From assembly GCA_016188005.1 (NCBI GenBank), contig JACPIQ010000008.1, forward strand, positions 128,484 through 192,483: a stretch of DNA of 64,000 bases, in the 5' to 3' direction. The notes below the pieces were generated by a model. That model made no database searches and had not been told where the DNA came from. It saw only the letters and a program-made list of their open reading frames with translations. Position 1 is the stretch's first letter; each line of letters starts with the position of its first letter. Positions 11,732 to 21,780 of the stretch are shown piece after piece. This DNA is from Candidatus Rokuibacteriota bacterium (GTDB lineage: Bacteria > Methylomirabilota > Methylomirabilia > Rokubacteriales > CSP1-6). Both the position numbers and the translations under genes were made by a program.

Positions 11732-12049
11732 ATGTCCCCGGAGGGTGAGGACGAGGAAGTGGAGCGGTGGCTGCGGAACTTCGTCCTCTCCCACGCGAAG
11801 CGCGAGAGCCCGCGCGTGGAGGCCACGGTCGACGCGGAAGGGGCCCGGGCGAGAGGCAGCTACGGCATCCGGTTGCGCTGCGGCGATGTCTGCCTGCCTC
11901 CGCAGGCGGAGCCGTCGATGGCGCTTCCCTTCGCCGAGGTCGCGGAGGGGCGGGGCCGCATGGCCTGGTGCGAGGCGCTCGCCGCCCGGGTGACGGCCAT
12001 GGCGCGGGAGCTGGTCGAAGTGGGGCGCGGGAAACGCAGCTCCGCGTGA
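11732..12049 (+). CDS. hypothetical small protein downstream of nrdJ
   Basis: 105-aa ORF with a GGTGAGG Shine-Dalgarno 5 nt before the ATG. No recognisable motif. It could be spurious in this high-GC context. Confidence 0.3.
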   Translation: MSPEGEDEEVERWLRNFVLSHAKRESPRVEATVDAEGARARGSYGIRLRCGDVCLPPQAEPSMALPFAEVAEGRGRMAWCEALAARVTAMARELVEVGRGKRSSA

Positions 12050-12335
12050 CCGCCGGCGCCGCGAAAGCGGCCCGCTGACACTCCTCCGGCGAGCGGAGCG
12101 GCGTCTTCAGGTTCCCGGGATGACCTGAGGATCACTGGTTCCGCATGGCTGTGTGGCGGCGCGCGGCCGGGAACCTCACGGTGTGGCGCGAGTTGGCAAG
12201 GTAAGCCCCTGCGAGAGCAGCCGAGAGCGGGGCCGACCCGGAAAGCGCTTGACCGTCCGAGCCGCAGCGGTGTTTAATGGCGTGGTTCTGAAGGCGATCA
12301 CACGAGCCAAGGGCTCGAACTCAGGGAGGAAACCG

Positions 12336-12740
12336 ATGAGGAGATCCATGCTACATGGCGCCGTTGCGGTAGGCCTGGCCGCAGGCCTTGCCATCAGCAC
12401 GGGAGCCTGGGCCCAGGCGCCCTGGGTCGCGCCCGCTGCCGAGAAGGCGAGGAAGAACCCTGTCCCCCACGGGAAGAAGGCGGAGGAGCAGGGTGAGAAG
12501 GTGGCCAAGGTGAACTGCATCTCCTGTCACGGCGCCAAGGGCAAGGGCGATGGGGCCGCCGCCGCCGCCCTCAACCCGAAGCCCGCGGACTGGACCTCGA
12601 AGAAGGTTCAGGACGAGACGGACGGTGAGCTGTTCTGGAAGATCTCGAGCGGGCGCGGCGCCATGCCGCCCTGGAAGCATCTGCCGGAGAACGACCGCTG
12701 GGCTGTGGTCCACTTCATCCGCTCGCTCAAGGGAAAGTAG
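12336..12740 (+). CDS. class I c-type cytochrome (mono-haem)
   Basis: GGGAGGA Shine-Dalgarno 5 nt before the ATG at 12336. The signal peptide is MRRSMLHGAVAVGLAAGLAISTGAWAQA. A single CXXCH (CISCHG) is followed by a distal Met region (GRGAMPPW). The supplied ORF start at 12153 is an unsupported upstream extension. Confidence 0.75.
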   Translation: MRRSMLHGAVAVGLAAGLAISTGAWAQAPWVAPAAEKARKNPVPHGKKAEEQGEKVAKVNCISCHGAKGKGDGAAAAALNPKPADWTSKKVQDETDGELFWKISSGRGAMPPWKHLPENDRWAVVHFIRSLKGK

Positions 12741-13009
12741 TCTCCGTCGATCTCGTCAGGGCGGGGGGCGCGAATCCTCCGGTGATCCGCCCGGAGCGCG
12801 TTCCCCCGCGTCTGTCCCTGTTGGAGCTGTGGCCCCGCCGGCCTATGCGCGTGAGGAGCGGGGCAGAGGCTCGCCGGGGAACGACGGGCGTCGGAGAATC
12901 TTACGATTTGAGCCCAGCGCCATTGCCGGCGGTGCCGGGGTCCCTCGCCCTCGGCTGAGGGCGGCATGAAATCGGCAGGTTGCATCAACCGCCCGGTGCG
13001 GGCATATCT

Positions 13010-13025
13010 TGGCACGCCCGGTGCT
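13010..13025 (+). promoter_or_regulatory. candidate sigma-54 (-24/-12) promoter upstream of the hybrid histidine kinase
   Basis: TGGCACgcccggTGCt matches TGGCACG-N4-TTGCW with GG and GC spaced 12 nt apart. It lies about 70 nt upstream of the ATG at 13094. Confidence 0.4.
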
Positions 13026-13093
13026 CTAATCACGGGACTGCTACGACAGCCATGACCATCGCTGTTCGCGCTTTCTAGACTTCGGCACTGGCG

Positions 13094-15436
13094 ATGAGCG
13101 CCGAGCCGCCGCAGGACCAGGAATCCCCGGAGTTGGAGGCATCGCTCTCGGAGATCAGCCGCGCGCTGGACAGTCTCCGGGACCGCGTCCAGCGCCTCGG
13201 TGGGCTCCAGCCCGAGAGTCCCCAGGAAACCGAGCCCCGCGCCGACACGATCGACGCCGTAGACCCGGCGCTGCTCGGAAGCCTGCAGGAGGCCCTTGCC
13301 CTGCCGTCGAGCGGGTACGCTCCCGCAGAGATGTTCGGGATCGCCATGGACCGGACGGCCCGGCTCCTCGAGAGCGATCGCTCCATGCTGTTCCTGGTGG
13401 ATCCCGAGCGCGGGACACTCGAGCCGGCGGCCGCGCGGGGCTTTCGACGCGACGACCTGGGTGGCGTCTCCATCGCGCCGGGCGAGGGGCTCGTGGGGCG
13501 CTGTTTCATCGAAGGGCGCGCCCTCTGCTACGGCCGGCCCTCCGAGTCACCCCCCAGCGATCCGTTCGTCGCCCGCTTCCCCGTGCGCGATGCCGTCGCC
13601 GTTCCCGTCCGGGCCGACGGGGAGGTGCGGGGTGTGCTCTACGCCGGGCGCCGGGGGCGCAGCGTGCTCTTCACCGCCGAGGACATGCAGCTGCTGCTCG
13701 TGATCGCCGACCGCGTGGGCACCGCGTGCGCCCACCAGCGCCTCGTCGACCGGGCCGTGGACCACGTGGCCCGCCTCCGAGAGATAGAGGCGTTCTCGGG
13801 CCGGGCCCTCGTCGGGCAGGATCGCAGCGAGACCCTGGCGCGTGCCTGCGAGACGGCCTGCCGGCTGCTCAGGGTCGGCACGGCGGCGCTCGGTGTCCCG
13901 GACGGGCAGGGCGGGCTCAGGCTCGAGGCCGCTTCGGGCCTCCCGGCGGCGGCAGCGGAGGCATGGCCAGTGCTGCCCGACGAGGGGCTGCTTCGCGAGC
14001 TGTTCGCGACCACTCGCCCCGTCGTCATCCGCGACCTCCGTCAGCGGACGGCAGCGCCCGAGGCCTTCCTCCAGGCCCTCCATCTGCGCGGGTGCCTGCT
14101 CGTGCCCCTGCGGATCCACGACCGGATGGTCGGGGCCCTCTACCTGGGCGACGAGCGGGCGCGGGACTTCTCGGCGGACGAGGTGGAGGCGGCGCAGGTG
14201 CTGGCCTCGCTCATCGCCCTGGCGCTGGAGAACGAGCGGCTCTACGGGGAGGTGCGGAGCGCCTTCCAGGCGCTCGGCTCCGCCCAGGAGCGGATGGTTC
14301 AGAGCGAGAAGGTGCGGGCGCTTGGCGAGATGGCAGGGGGGATCGCGCACGAGTTCAACAACATCCTCGCCATCATCCTGGGGAAGGTCCAGCTCATGCT
14401 GGCCCGGGGAGCGGAGGAGAGCTTCCGGGAGGGCCTGGGGCAGGTCGAGGAGGCGGCCTGGCGGGCGGCGGACATCGTCCGCCGACTGCAGGCATTCGCC
14501 GCCACCAAGCTGGATGACGCCGCGGCCGCGACGAACCTGAACACCCTCGTGCACGACGCGGTGACCCTCACCCGCGGACTCTGGAAGGACGAGGCCGAGA
14601 CACGGGGCGCCCGGATCGAGGTGACGACGGACCTGGAGGAGACACCGCCCGTGGCGGGCAGCACGGCGGAACTGCGCGAAGCCGTCACCAACCTCGTCCT
14701 CAACGCCATCGATGCGATGCCGCGCGGGGGACAGCTGTTGCTCTCGACCCGGACGCGGGAGGGGGGCGTCGAGCTGAGCGTGAGGGACTCGGGCGAGGGA
14801 ATGTCCGACGAGGTGCGGCGCCGGGTCTTCGATCCGTTCTTCAGCACGCGCTCGCCGCTCAGGACGGGACTGGGGCTCTCCGTCGTGCACGGCATCGTGT
14901 CCCGACACGGGGGTCGGATCGAGGTGAGCAGCGAGCAGGGACAGGGCACCACGGTGACCCTCTGGCTGCCCGCCGGGCAACTCCCCGGCGCGGCGCCCGG
15001 AGCGCCGGCCCCTGCGGCGGACCCCGCGGAACGGCGGGAGCCGCCGGGGGACCAGGGCGCCCGCGCGGCCTCGGTCCTCGTCCTCGAGGACGAGGTGCAG
15101 ATCCGCGAGATGGTGGTGGAAGCGCTGGCGCAGGCCGGATACCGCGTGGACTCGGCCCCGGACGGGCTCAGCGGGCTCGCGCGCTTCCAGCGGGAGCCCA
15201 GCGACGTGGTGCTCACGGATCTCTCGCTCCCGGAGCGCTCGGGGCTCGAGGTGGCCCGCGCCGTCAAGCGCATGAGTGCCGAGACGCCCGTGGTCCTCGT
15301 GACCGGGTGGGGGCACTTGCTGGATCCCGTCCGGCTGCGCGAGAGCGGCGTGGATCTGACGCTCGTGAAGCCCTTCCGTCTGGAGCGGGTACTGGCCGTC
15401 GTGGCCGAGGCGCTGCGATTGCGCCGCCCGGCATGA
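13094..15436 (+). CDS. hybrid sensor histidine kinase (GAF-GAF-HisKA-HATPase_c-REC)
   Basis: Two GAF-like regions precede the H-box MAGGIAHEFNNILAII, N-box NLVLNAIDAM and G-boxes DSGEGM/GLGLSVV. A C-terminal receiver is present (VLVLEDE...VVLTDLSLPERSG...LVKP). Confidence 0.9.
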   Translation: MSAEPPQDQESPELEASLSEISRALDSLRDRVQRLGGLQPESPQETEPRADTIDAVDPALLGSLQEALALPSSGYAPAEMFGIAMDRTARLLESDRSMLFLVDPERGTLEPAAARGFRRDDLGGVSIAPGEGLVGRCFIEGRALCYGRPSESPPSDPFVARFPVRDAVAVPVRADGEVRGVLYAGRRGRSVLFTAEDMQLLLVIADRVGTACAHQRLVDRAVDHVARLREIEAFSGRALVGQDRSETLARACETACRLLRVGTAALGVPDGQGGLRLEAASGLPAAAAEAWPVLPDEGLLRELFATTRPVVIRDLRQRTAAPEAFLQALHLRGCLLVPLRIHDRMVGALYLGDERARDFSADEVEAAQVLASLIALALENERLYGEVRSAFQALGSAQERMVQSEKVRALGEMAGGIAHEFNNILAIILGKVQLMLARGAEESFREGLGQVEEAAWRAADIVRRLQAFAATKLDDAAAATNLNTLVHDAVTLTRGLWKDEAETRGARIEVTTDLEETPPVAGSTAELREAVTNLVLNAIDAMPRGGQLLLSTRTREGGVELSVRDSGEGMSDEVRRRVFDPFFSTRSPLRTGLGLSVVHGIVSRHGGRIEVSSEQGQGTTVTLWLPAGQLPGAAPGAPAPAADPAERREPPGDQGARAASVLVLEDEVQIREMVVEALAQAGYRVDSAPDGLSGLARFQREPSDVVLTDLSLPERSGLEVARAVKRMSAETPVVLVTGWGHLLDPVRLRESGVDLTLVKPFRLERVLAVVAEALRLRRPA

Positions 15437-15446
15437 CCGCGCCCGG

Positions 15447-16370
15447 GTGAGGCGCCTGGCGACGATCGACCTCGGCACCAACACGGTGCGACTGCTCGTG
15501 GCCGAGGCCCAGGGACAGCAGTGGCGGTGGCTCCTGGAGCGCCAGCGGGTCACCCGCCTCGGCCAGGGGCAGGCCGCTGCCGGGCGGCTCTGCGAAGTGC
15601 CCATGGCCCGGACGCTCGAGGTGATGGCGGAGTTCGTGGCAGCGGCGGAAGGGCTCGGCGCTGCGCCGATCCGCATCGTCGCCACCAGCGCCGTGAGGGA
15701 TGCCCCGAACGGCGGCGACTTCGCGGAACGGGTCCGTGCGGTGACTCGCCATGCGGTGGAGATCCTCTCGGGCGAGCAGGAGGCGCGGCTCACGCTCCTC
15801 GCAGTGCGCCGCAGCCTGCCCTGGATCCCCGAACCATTCGTCCTCGTGGACATCGGCGGCGGGAGCACCGAGCTCGTCCTCTGCCGCGAGGGGGGGGCCG
15901 CCGCAGCAGTGAGTTTGTCGCTGGGAGTGGTGCCCCTCACCGAGGAGTTCATGGACGCCGGCGCCGTGGACGGGAGGCGCCTCGGGCAGATGCGCCGGGC
16001 AATCGTGGACCGGCTGGCGCACGAGGTGCCGGCGGCGATCGCCGCGGCCGGAGCCCTCGCGCTGGTGGGGACAGCGGGCACCGTGACGGCGCTGGCGGCG
16101 CTGGATCTCGGCCTCCCGGCGTATGACGCCGATCGCGTTCACGGGCACCGGCTGACGAGACCGGCCGTGGAGCGTCTCCTGGCGCGGCTGGGCGGGCTGA
16201 CGCTCGAGGAACGGTCGCGGCTGCCGTGTCTGGAGCCCGGACGCGCGGACGTTCTCATCGCGGGCATCGCCATCTGCCTGGCGGCCATGGACCGCCTGGG
16301 CTCGGACTCGCTGGTCGTGAGCGACCGCGGGCTCCGCGAAGGGATCCTGTGCGAGATGCTGGAGCCGTGA
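15447..16370 (+). CDS. Ppx/GppA family exopolyphosphatase / pppGpp phosphohydrolase (short form)
   Basis: N-terminal actin-like fold motif IDLGTNTVRLLVAE plus DIGGGSTEL. The GTG start is at 15447, 11 nt after the kinase stop. Confidence 0.85.
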   Translation: MRRLATIDLGTNTVRLLVAEAQGQQWRWLLERQRVTRLGQGQAAAGRLCEVPMARTLEVMAEFVAAAEGLGAAPIRIVATSAVRDAPNGGDFAERVRAVTRHAVEILSGEQEARLTLLAVRRSLPWIPEPFVLVDIGGGSTELVLCREGGAAAAVSLSLGVVPLTEEFMDAGAVDGRRLGQMRRAIVDRLAHEVPAAIAAAGALALVGTAGTVTALAALDLGLPAYDADRVHGHRLTRPAVERLLARLGGLTLEERSRLPCLEPGRADVLIAGIAICLAAMDRLGSDSLVVSDRGLREGILCEMLEP

Positions 16371-16555
16371 CGAGGCGGGGCCCGGTCGTCCCGGCCTGCC
16401 ACGCCGGGGGCGAGGGTTGCATGCGCCGCGGGGCCGGCTTCCAGCCGTGACGTGGATGACAGGCTGTCCGGCCCCTCTGTTCCACGGCTGACACCTGATC
16501 TGAGGAATCGCCTCACAACTACCTGATATAGTGGTGCTCTCGGGCCTCCAGGCCA

Positions 16556-16571
16556 TGGCACGACGCATGCC
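16556..16571 (+). promoter_or_regulatory. candidate sigma-54 (-24/-12) promoter
   Basis: TGGCACgacgcaTGCc has GG and GC in the consensus register. It lies about 40 nt upstream of the ATG at 16613. Confidence 0.4.
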
Positions 16572-16612
16572 TCGTCGGGAAGGTGCGAACAGCGCGCGAG
16601 GGGAGGCAAGGC

Positions 16613-17044
16613 ATGCAGATAGCGATCAGGGCTCGTCACCGTCGATGGCTCGAAGTGGCGCTGCCGGCATACTCGGTGGCAGTGCTCCTGGCCTATTTCC
16701 GCCCCGAGTACCTGCCGCGTGCCGAGGGCGGGGAGACCCTGACCGAATGGTTCATGCCCTGGGCGATCTGGGGTGTCGCCGGGGCGATGAGCGGCGTCCT
16801 CGCGCTGTCGGGGCTCGTGGTGGCCTTCTTTCTCCTCTACTCGCCGCTCTACCTGGCCGCCCGGAGCCTCGCCCTGGTCGGCAAGGGCGGCTGGGTGGAC
16901 CGGCGGGAGCTGCGCTTCTACACCGCGTGCTTCATCCTCCTGAGCTTCCTCTCGGGCCTCGCGGTGTGGAGCCCGCTGCTCGCGGCCTCCGCCTTCGTCC
17001 TCCTGGCCGGCTGCGCCCACCTCGTGTGGCGCGCCGTGGTGTAG
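16613..17044 (+). CDS. hypothetical integral membrane protein
   Basis: GAGGGGAGG Shine-Dalgarno before the ATG at 16613. About 4 predicted TM helices (…WAIWGVAGAMSGVLALSGLVVAFFLLY…, …FILLSFLSGLAVWSPLLAASAFVLLAG…). No named domain. Confidence 0.5.
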   Translation: MQIAIRARHRRWLEVALPAYSVAVLLAYFRPEYLPRAEGGETLTEWFMPWAIWGVAGAMSGVLALSGLVVAFFLLYSPLYLAARSLALVGKGGWVDRRELRFYTACFILLSFLSGLAVWSPLLAASAFVLLAGCAHLVWRAVV

Positions 17045-17074
17045 CCGGCGCGTGCCGCGCGCGCGGGGAGCGGG

Positions 17075-17103
17075 TTGACAGGGTGGGGCGGCCTGAATAT
17101 CCT
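17075..17103 (+). promoter_or_regulatory. candidate sigma-70 promoter for HNH-uvrB
   Basis: TTGACA-N17-TATCCT, a perfect -35, directly upstream of the GGAGG/ATG of the HNH gene. Confidence 0.3.
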
Positions 17104-17114
17104 AACGGAGGTAT

Positions 17115-17645
17115 ATGGATGACTTAGCGGTGCTGGTGCTGAACTACACCTACGAGCCGCTGCACTTCACCAACGCCAAACGGGCGATCACCCTCCTCCT
17201 GAGCGGCAAGGCCGAGGGGGTCGAAGCTTCCCCGCGAGTCATCCGCTCGCCGTCGCGCACCTTCCCGCTCCCCTCGGTCATCCGGCTGGCCACCTACATC
17301 CGGAAGCCGTTCCTGGAACGGGTGGCGTTCAACAAGAAGAATATCCTTCGGCGGGACGGGCACACCTGCCAGTACTGCAGCCGCCGAGGCGAGAAGCTCA
17401 CGGTGGACCACGTGGTGCCCCGCTCCCGGGGCGGGCAGACCACCTGGACGAACGTGGTCGCCGCGTGCCTCCGCTGCAACCTCCTGAAGGGGAACCGCAC
17501 GCTGGACGAGGCGCGGCTGCGCCTGGTCCGGGAGCCGGTGCACCCGCACTTCCTCTTCTCCGCGCACCTGCTGCGGCACCCGCACGCCACCTCGTTCCTG
17601 GATTCCTGGCGCAAGTACCTGGTCGCCGCCCCGTCCAGCCTGTAA
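17115..17645 (+). CDS. HNH endonuclease (McrA-like)
   Basis: [43 protein letters not shown] is a canonical HNH motif (C-X2-C...H-N...H...C-X2-C). Confidence 0.8.
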   Translation: MDDLAVLVLNYTYEPLHFTNAKRAITLLLSGKAEGVEASPRVIRSPSRTFPLPSVIRLATYIRKPFLERVAFNKKNILRRDGHTCQYCSRRGEKLTVDHVVPRSRGGQTTWTNVVAACLRCNLLKGNRTLDEARLRLVREPVHPHFLFSAHLLRHPHATSFLDSWRKYLVAAPSSL

Positions 17646-17650
17646 CGCCG

Positions 17651-19675
17651 TTGTTCAGACTCGCCTCCGACTTCATGCCGGCGGGCGACCAGCCTGGCGC
17701 CATCGATCGCCTCGTGGGCCTGCTCGGGGAGGGGCACCCGCACTCCGTCCTGCTGGGCATCACGGGGAGTGGAAAGACCTTCACCCTGGCCAACGTGGTC
17801 AGCCGGCTCCGGCGCCCGGCCCTGGTGATCTCGCCCAACAAGACCCTGGCCGCCCAGCTCCACGGCGAGTTCAAGTCGTTCTTCCCCGACAGCGCCGTCG
17901 AGTACTTCGTCTCCTACTACGACTACTACCAGCCCGAGGCGTACATTCCCCAGTCCGACACCTACATCGAGAAGGACGCGCTGGTGAACGACGAGATCGA
18001 CCGCATGCGCCACTCGGCGACGACCGCGCTCTTCGAGCGGCGCGACGTGGTGGTGGTCGCCTCGGTCTCCTGCATCTACGGCATCGGCGCGCCGGAGACG
18101 TACCGGGGGATGCACGTGGGGCTCGAGGCCGGACGGAGCGTGGCCCGAGAGGCACTGATCCGGGACCTGGTCGCCATCCAGTACGAGCGCAACGACTACG
18201 ACTTCCGCCGGGGCACCTTCCGCGTGCGCGGGGACGTCGTCGAGATCTTCCCGGCCGCCGCCGACTCGCAGGCGCTGCGGGTCGAGCTCTGGGGCGACAC
18301 CATCGAGCGGCTGGTCACGCTGGACCCGCTGCGCGGTACCACGACGGGGATCGTGCCGAGCGCGCGCATCTATCCGGCCAGCCACTACGTGACACCGGCC
18401 GAGCAGCTGGAGCGGGCCCTCGGGGGCATCCAGGAGGAGCTGCGGGAGCGGCTGGCCTTCTTCCGGGCGCGGGGCCGGCTCCTGGAGGCCCAGAGGCTGG
18501 AGCAGCGCACGCTCTTCGACATGGAGATGCTGCGGGAGATCGGCTACTGCCACGGGATCGAGAACTACTCCCGCCACCTGTCCGGGCGCAAGCCGGGGCA
18601 GAACCCGCCCACGCTGATGGACTACCTGCCCAGGGACACCCTCGTCATCATCGACGAGTCGCACGTCACCGTGCCCCAGATCCGCGGCATGTACCCCGGC
18701 GACCGGTCGCGGAAGGAGGCGCTGGTGGAGTACGGCTTCCGGCTCCCCTCGGCCTTCGACAACCGCCCGCTGACCTTTGACGAGTTCCGGTCGGCCGTGA
18801 CGCAGGTGCTGTACGTCTCCGCGACGCCCGGCGCCTACGAGCTGGAGCTGGCGGGCGCCGTGCGCGAGCCCGGCGGACGCGCCTGGGTGGGCGGCGCGGT
18901 GGCGGAGCAGATCATCCGCCCCACCGGGCTCATGGACCCCAGGATCACCGTGCGCCCCGCCTCAATCCAGGTGGATGACCTCATGCACGAGGTGCGGGCG
19001 CGGGCCGAGCGCGACGAGCGGGTCCTGATCACCACGCTCACCAAGCGCATGGCCGAGGACCTGACGGAGTACTACCAGCAGAACGGCCTGCGCGTGCGCT
19101 ACCTGCACTCCGACATCGACACGCTGGACCGCGTGGCGGTGATCCGCGACCTGCGCCTCGGCAAGTTCGACGCGCTCGTCGGCATCAACCTCCTGCGGGA
19201 AGGCCTGGACCTGCCGGAGGTGTCGCTGGTGGGGATCCTGGATGCCGACAAGGAAGGCTACCTGCGCTCGGCCACCTCCCTGATCCAGACGGCGGGGCGG
19301 GCCGCACGGCACGTCAACGGCGAGGTGCTCATGTACGCCGACCGCGTCACCGGCTCCATGCAGGAGGCCCTGGCCGAGACCGACCGGCGGCGCGCAGCCC
19401 AGGACGAGTACAACCACGTCCACGGCATCACGCCGGAATCCATCAAGAAATCCATCCGCGAGCTGCTGGAGACCGTGCCCGAGCGGGACTACTACACGGT
19501 GGCCGTGCCCGAGGCCGCGGAGCCCGCGTGGGAGAGCGCGCAGGCGCTGGCCGCCCAGATCGCCGAGATGGAGGCCGCCATGCGCGAGGCGGCCAAGCGG
19601 CTGGACTTCGAGCGAGCCGCCGAGTTGAGGGACCGCGTCAAGGCGCTCCGGAAGATCGAGCTCGAGGTGCGGTGA
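17651..19675 (+). CDS. uvrB: excinuclease ABC subunit B
   Basis: Near-colinear with E. coli UvrB ([22 protein letters not shown]...GITGSGKTF...). A TTG start at 17651 fits the conserved N-terminus, and the first ATG is at 17675. It starts 6 nt after the HNH stop. Confidence 0.93.
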   Translation: MFRLASDFMPAGDQPGAIDRLVGLLGEGHPHSVLLGITGSGKTFTLANVVSRLRRPALVISPNKTLAAQLHGEFKSFFPDSAVEYFVSYYDYYQPEAYIPQSDTYIEKDALVNDEIDRMRHSATTALFERRDVVVVASVSCIYGIGAPETYRGMHVGLEAGRSVAREALIRDLVAIQYERNDYDFRRGTFRVRGDVVEIFPAAADSQALRVELWGDTIERLVTLDPLRGTTTGIVPSARIYPASHYVTPAEQLERALGGIQEELRERLAFFRARGRLLEAQRLEQRTLFDMEMLREIGYCHGIENYSRHLSGRKPGQNPPTLMDYLPRDTLVIIDESHVTVPQIRGMYPGDRSRKEALVEYGFRLPSAFDNRPLTFDEFRSAVTQVLYVSATPGAYELELAGAVREPGGRAWVGGAVAEQIIRPTGLMDPRITVRPASIQVDDLMHEVRARAERDERVLITTLTKRMAEDLTEYYQQNGLRVRYLHSDIDTLDRVAVIRDLRLGKFDALVGINLLREGLDLPEVSLVGILDADKEGYLRSATSLIQTAGRAARHVNGEVLMYADRVTGSMQEALAETDRRRAAQDEYNHVHGITPESIKKSIRELLETVPERDYYTVAVPEAAEPAWESAQALAAQIAEMEAAMREAAKRLDFERAAELRDRVKALRKIELEVR

Positions 19676-19679
19676 GCCG

Positions 19680-19889
19680 GTGGGCATCTTCAAGTGGGCG
19701 CTGGTGCTCTTCGCGAGCCTGACGCTCGGGCTCGTGGTGGTGTCGAAGGTGCTGGGCTTCCTCAACCCGCCCCGCCCGGGGCGATCCGAGCCGTTGTTGC
19801 TGGCCCGGACCCGCCGCGCGCTCCGCTGGTCGATCCTCTTCCCCGCGCTCCTGGGGCTCGGCATCCTCGCCGCCACGTTGCTGAGGTGA
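19680..19889 (+). CDS. hypothetical small membrane protein (2 TM)
   Basis: 69-aa ORF between uvrB and uvrC with a GTG start 5 nt after the uvrB stop. It may be spurious. Confidence 0.3.
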   Translation: MGIFKWALVLFASLTLGLVVVSKVLGFLNPPRPGRSEPLLLARTRRALRWSILFPALLGLGILAATLLR

Positions 19890-19908
19890 CGGCGGGTAGA
19901 ATACGAGC

Positions 19909-21744
19909 GTGACCCTGCGGGAGAAGATCGATCAGGCCCCGGACCGGCCGGGCGTGTACCTCTACAAGGACGCGAAGGGGCAGATGGTCTACGTGGGCAA
20001 GGCCGCCTCCCTGCGCAGCCGCGTGCGCTCCTACTTTCAGGAGTCGCGGGCGCGGGATCCCAAGACGGACGCCCTCGTGGCGCAGATTCGCGACGTGGAG
20101 TACATCGTCACGGCCAACGAGCTGGAAGCGCTGATCCTGGAGTCCAACCTCGTCAAGAAGCACCGGCCCCGCTACAACATCATCCTTCGGGACGACAAGC
20201 ACTACCCCTTCCTCAAGCTCACCACCGGTGAGGAGTTCCCGCGGCTCGTGGTGGCCCGCCGAGTGCAGAAGGACGGCTCCGCCTACTACGGCCCCTTCTA
20301 CCCCGCCACGGCCATGCGGGAGACGCTGCGCCTGGTGCGCCAGCTCTTCCCGCTGCGCACGTGCCGGATCAACATCGACGGCCAGCTGCCGCGGCCGTGC
20401 ATCCAGTACTTCATCCACCGGTGCCAGGCGCCGTGCACGGGACTGGAGACGCGGGAGGGGTACAGGCGGACCGTGGACGCCGTGCAGCGCTTCCTCGAGG
20501 GGAAGGACGAGGAGCTGGCCAGGGAGCTGACGCGCGAGATGGAAGCCGCCGCCGCGGCGACCAGGTTCGAGCAAGCCGCCGTCCTGCGCGATCGAATCCA
20601 GGCGCTCAACACGGTGCGGGAGCGCCAGAAGATCATCTCGACGGAAGACACGGAACAGGACATCGTGGGGGTGGTGCGCCAGGGATCGGAGGCGTGCGTC
20701 CAGATCTTCTTCGTGCGCAAGGGGCGGCTCCTGGGACGAGAGTCGTTCTTCTTCGACCGGGTCTCGGGCTGGGCGGACGGCGACATCCTGTCGGCCTTCG
20801 TGCAGCAGTTCTACGCCCGTCAGGTCATGCCCCCGCCCGAGATCCTGCTCTCGGCGGAGCTGTCCGACGCCGACTTGACCGCGGCCTGGCTCTGTCAGAG
20901 CCGGGGCGGGCGGGTGGAGCTGGTGACGCCGCAGCGGGGCCGCCGGCGTGAGCTGGTCGCCATGGCCGAGGAGAATGCGGCGCTGGCGCTGCGGACCCAC
21001 CTCCTGTCCCGGGGGAACCGCGGGCAGGCGGTGCTGGAGGAACTCGAGCGCGCCCTCGGCCTGCCGGGGCCGCCCCATCGCATCGAGGCCTTCGACATCT
21101 CGACCATCCAGGGCAGCGAGACGGTGGCGGCGATGGTCGTCTGGCAGAGCGGGGACATGAAGAGGGACGAGTACAAGCGGTACAAGATCCGCAGCGTGAC
21201 CGGCGCCGACGACTTCGCGTCGATGCGCGAGGTGCTGACGCGGCGCTATGCGAAGGCGCTGGAAACCGAGGCCCCGTTGCCGGACCTGATCCTCCTCGAC
21301 GGGGGCCGCGGACAGCTGGGGGTGGGCAGCAAGGTCCTCGAGGACCTGGGCCTCGACTACCTGGCCATCGCGGCCCTGGCCAAGCGGGCCGAGGAAGTGT
21401 ACGTCCCGGACCGGCTGGCCCCGCTCGTGCTCGACCTGGGATCGCCGGCGCTCCAGACGCTCCAGAAGATCCGGGATGAGGCGCACCGTTTCGCCATCAC
21501 CTATCACAAGACGCTGCGTCGCCGGCGCACCATCAGCTCCGAGCTGGACCGGATCCCAGGGGTGGGGCCCAGGCTCAGGACCAACCTGCTGCGGAGCCTG
21601 GGCTCGGCCCGCGGGGTGCGCGCGGCGTCCGTGGCCGAGCTGGCGGCGGTGCCCGGAATCACGCCGAGGCTGGCGCAGCGCATCCACGATTTCTTCCGGC
21701 GGACGCCGGAGGCCCGGGAACCGCCGGGGGGCCCTGGCAGTTAG
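19909..21744 (+). CDS. uvrC: excinuclease ABC subunit C
   Basis: GIY-YIG N-terminus (PGVYLYKDAKGQMVYVGKAASLRSRVRSY), UvrBC-interaction region and C-terminal HhH. Confidence 0.93.
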   Translation: MTLREKIDQAPDRPGVYLYKDAKGQMVYVGKAASLRSRVRSYFQESRARDPKTDALVAQIRDVEYIVTANELEALILESNLVKKHRPRYNIILRDDKHYPFLKLTTGEEFPRLVVARRVQKDGSAYYGPFYPATAMRETLRLVRQLFPLRTCRINIDGQLPRPCIQYFIHRCQAPCTGLETREGYRRTVDAVQRFLEGKDEELARELTREMEAAAAATRFEQAAVLRDRIQALNTVRERQKIISTEDTEQDIVGVVRQGSEACVQIFFVRKGRLLGRESFFFDRVSGWADGDILSAFVQQFYARQVMPPPEILLSAELSDADLTAAWLCQSRGGRVELVTPQRGRRRELVAMAEENAALALRTHLLSRGNRGQAVLEELERALGLPGPPHRIEAFDISTIQGSETVAAMVVWQSGDMKRDEYKRYKIRSVTGADDFASMREVLTRRYAKALETEAPLPDLILLDGGRGQLGVGSKVLEDLGLDYLAIAALAKRAEEVYVPDRLAPLVLDLGSPALQTLQKIRDEAHRFAITYHKTLRRRRTISSELDRIPGVGPRLRTNLLRSLGSARGVRAASVAELAAVPGITPRLAQRIHDFFRRTPEAREPPGGPGS

Positions 21745-21780
21745 ACCCGTCAGATCCACGCCGAAAGGAGGTGACGCTGC

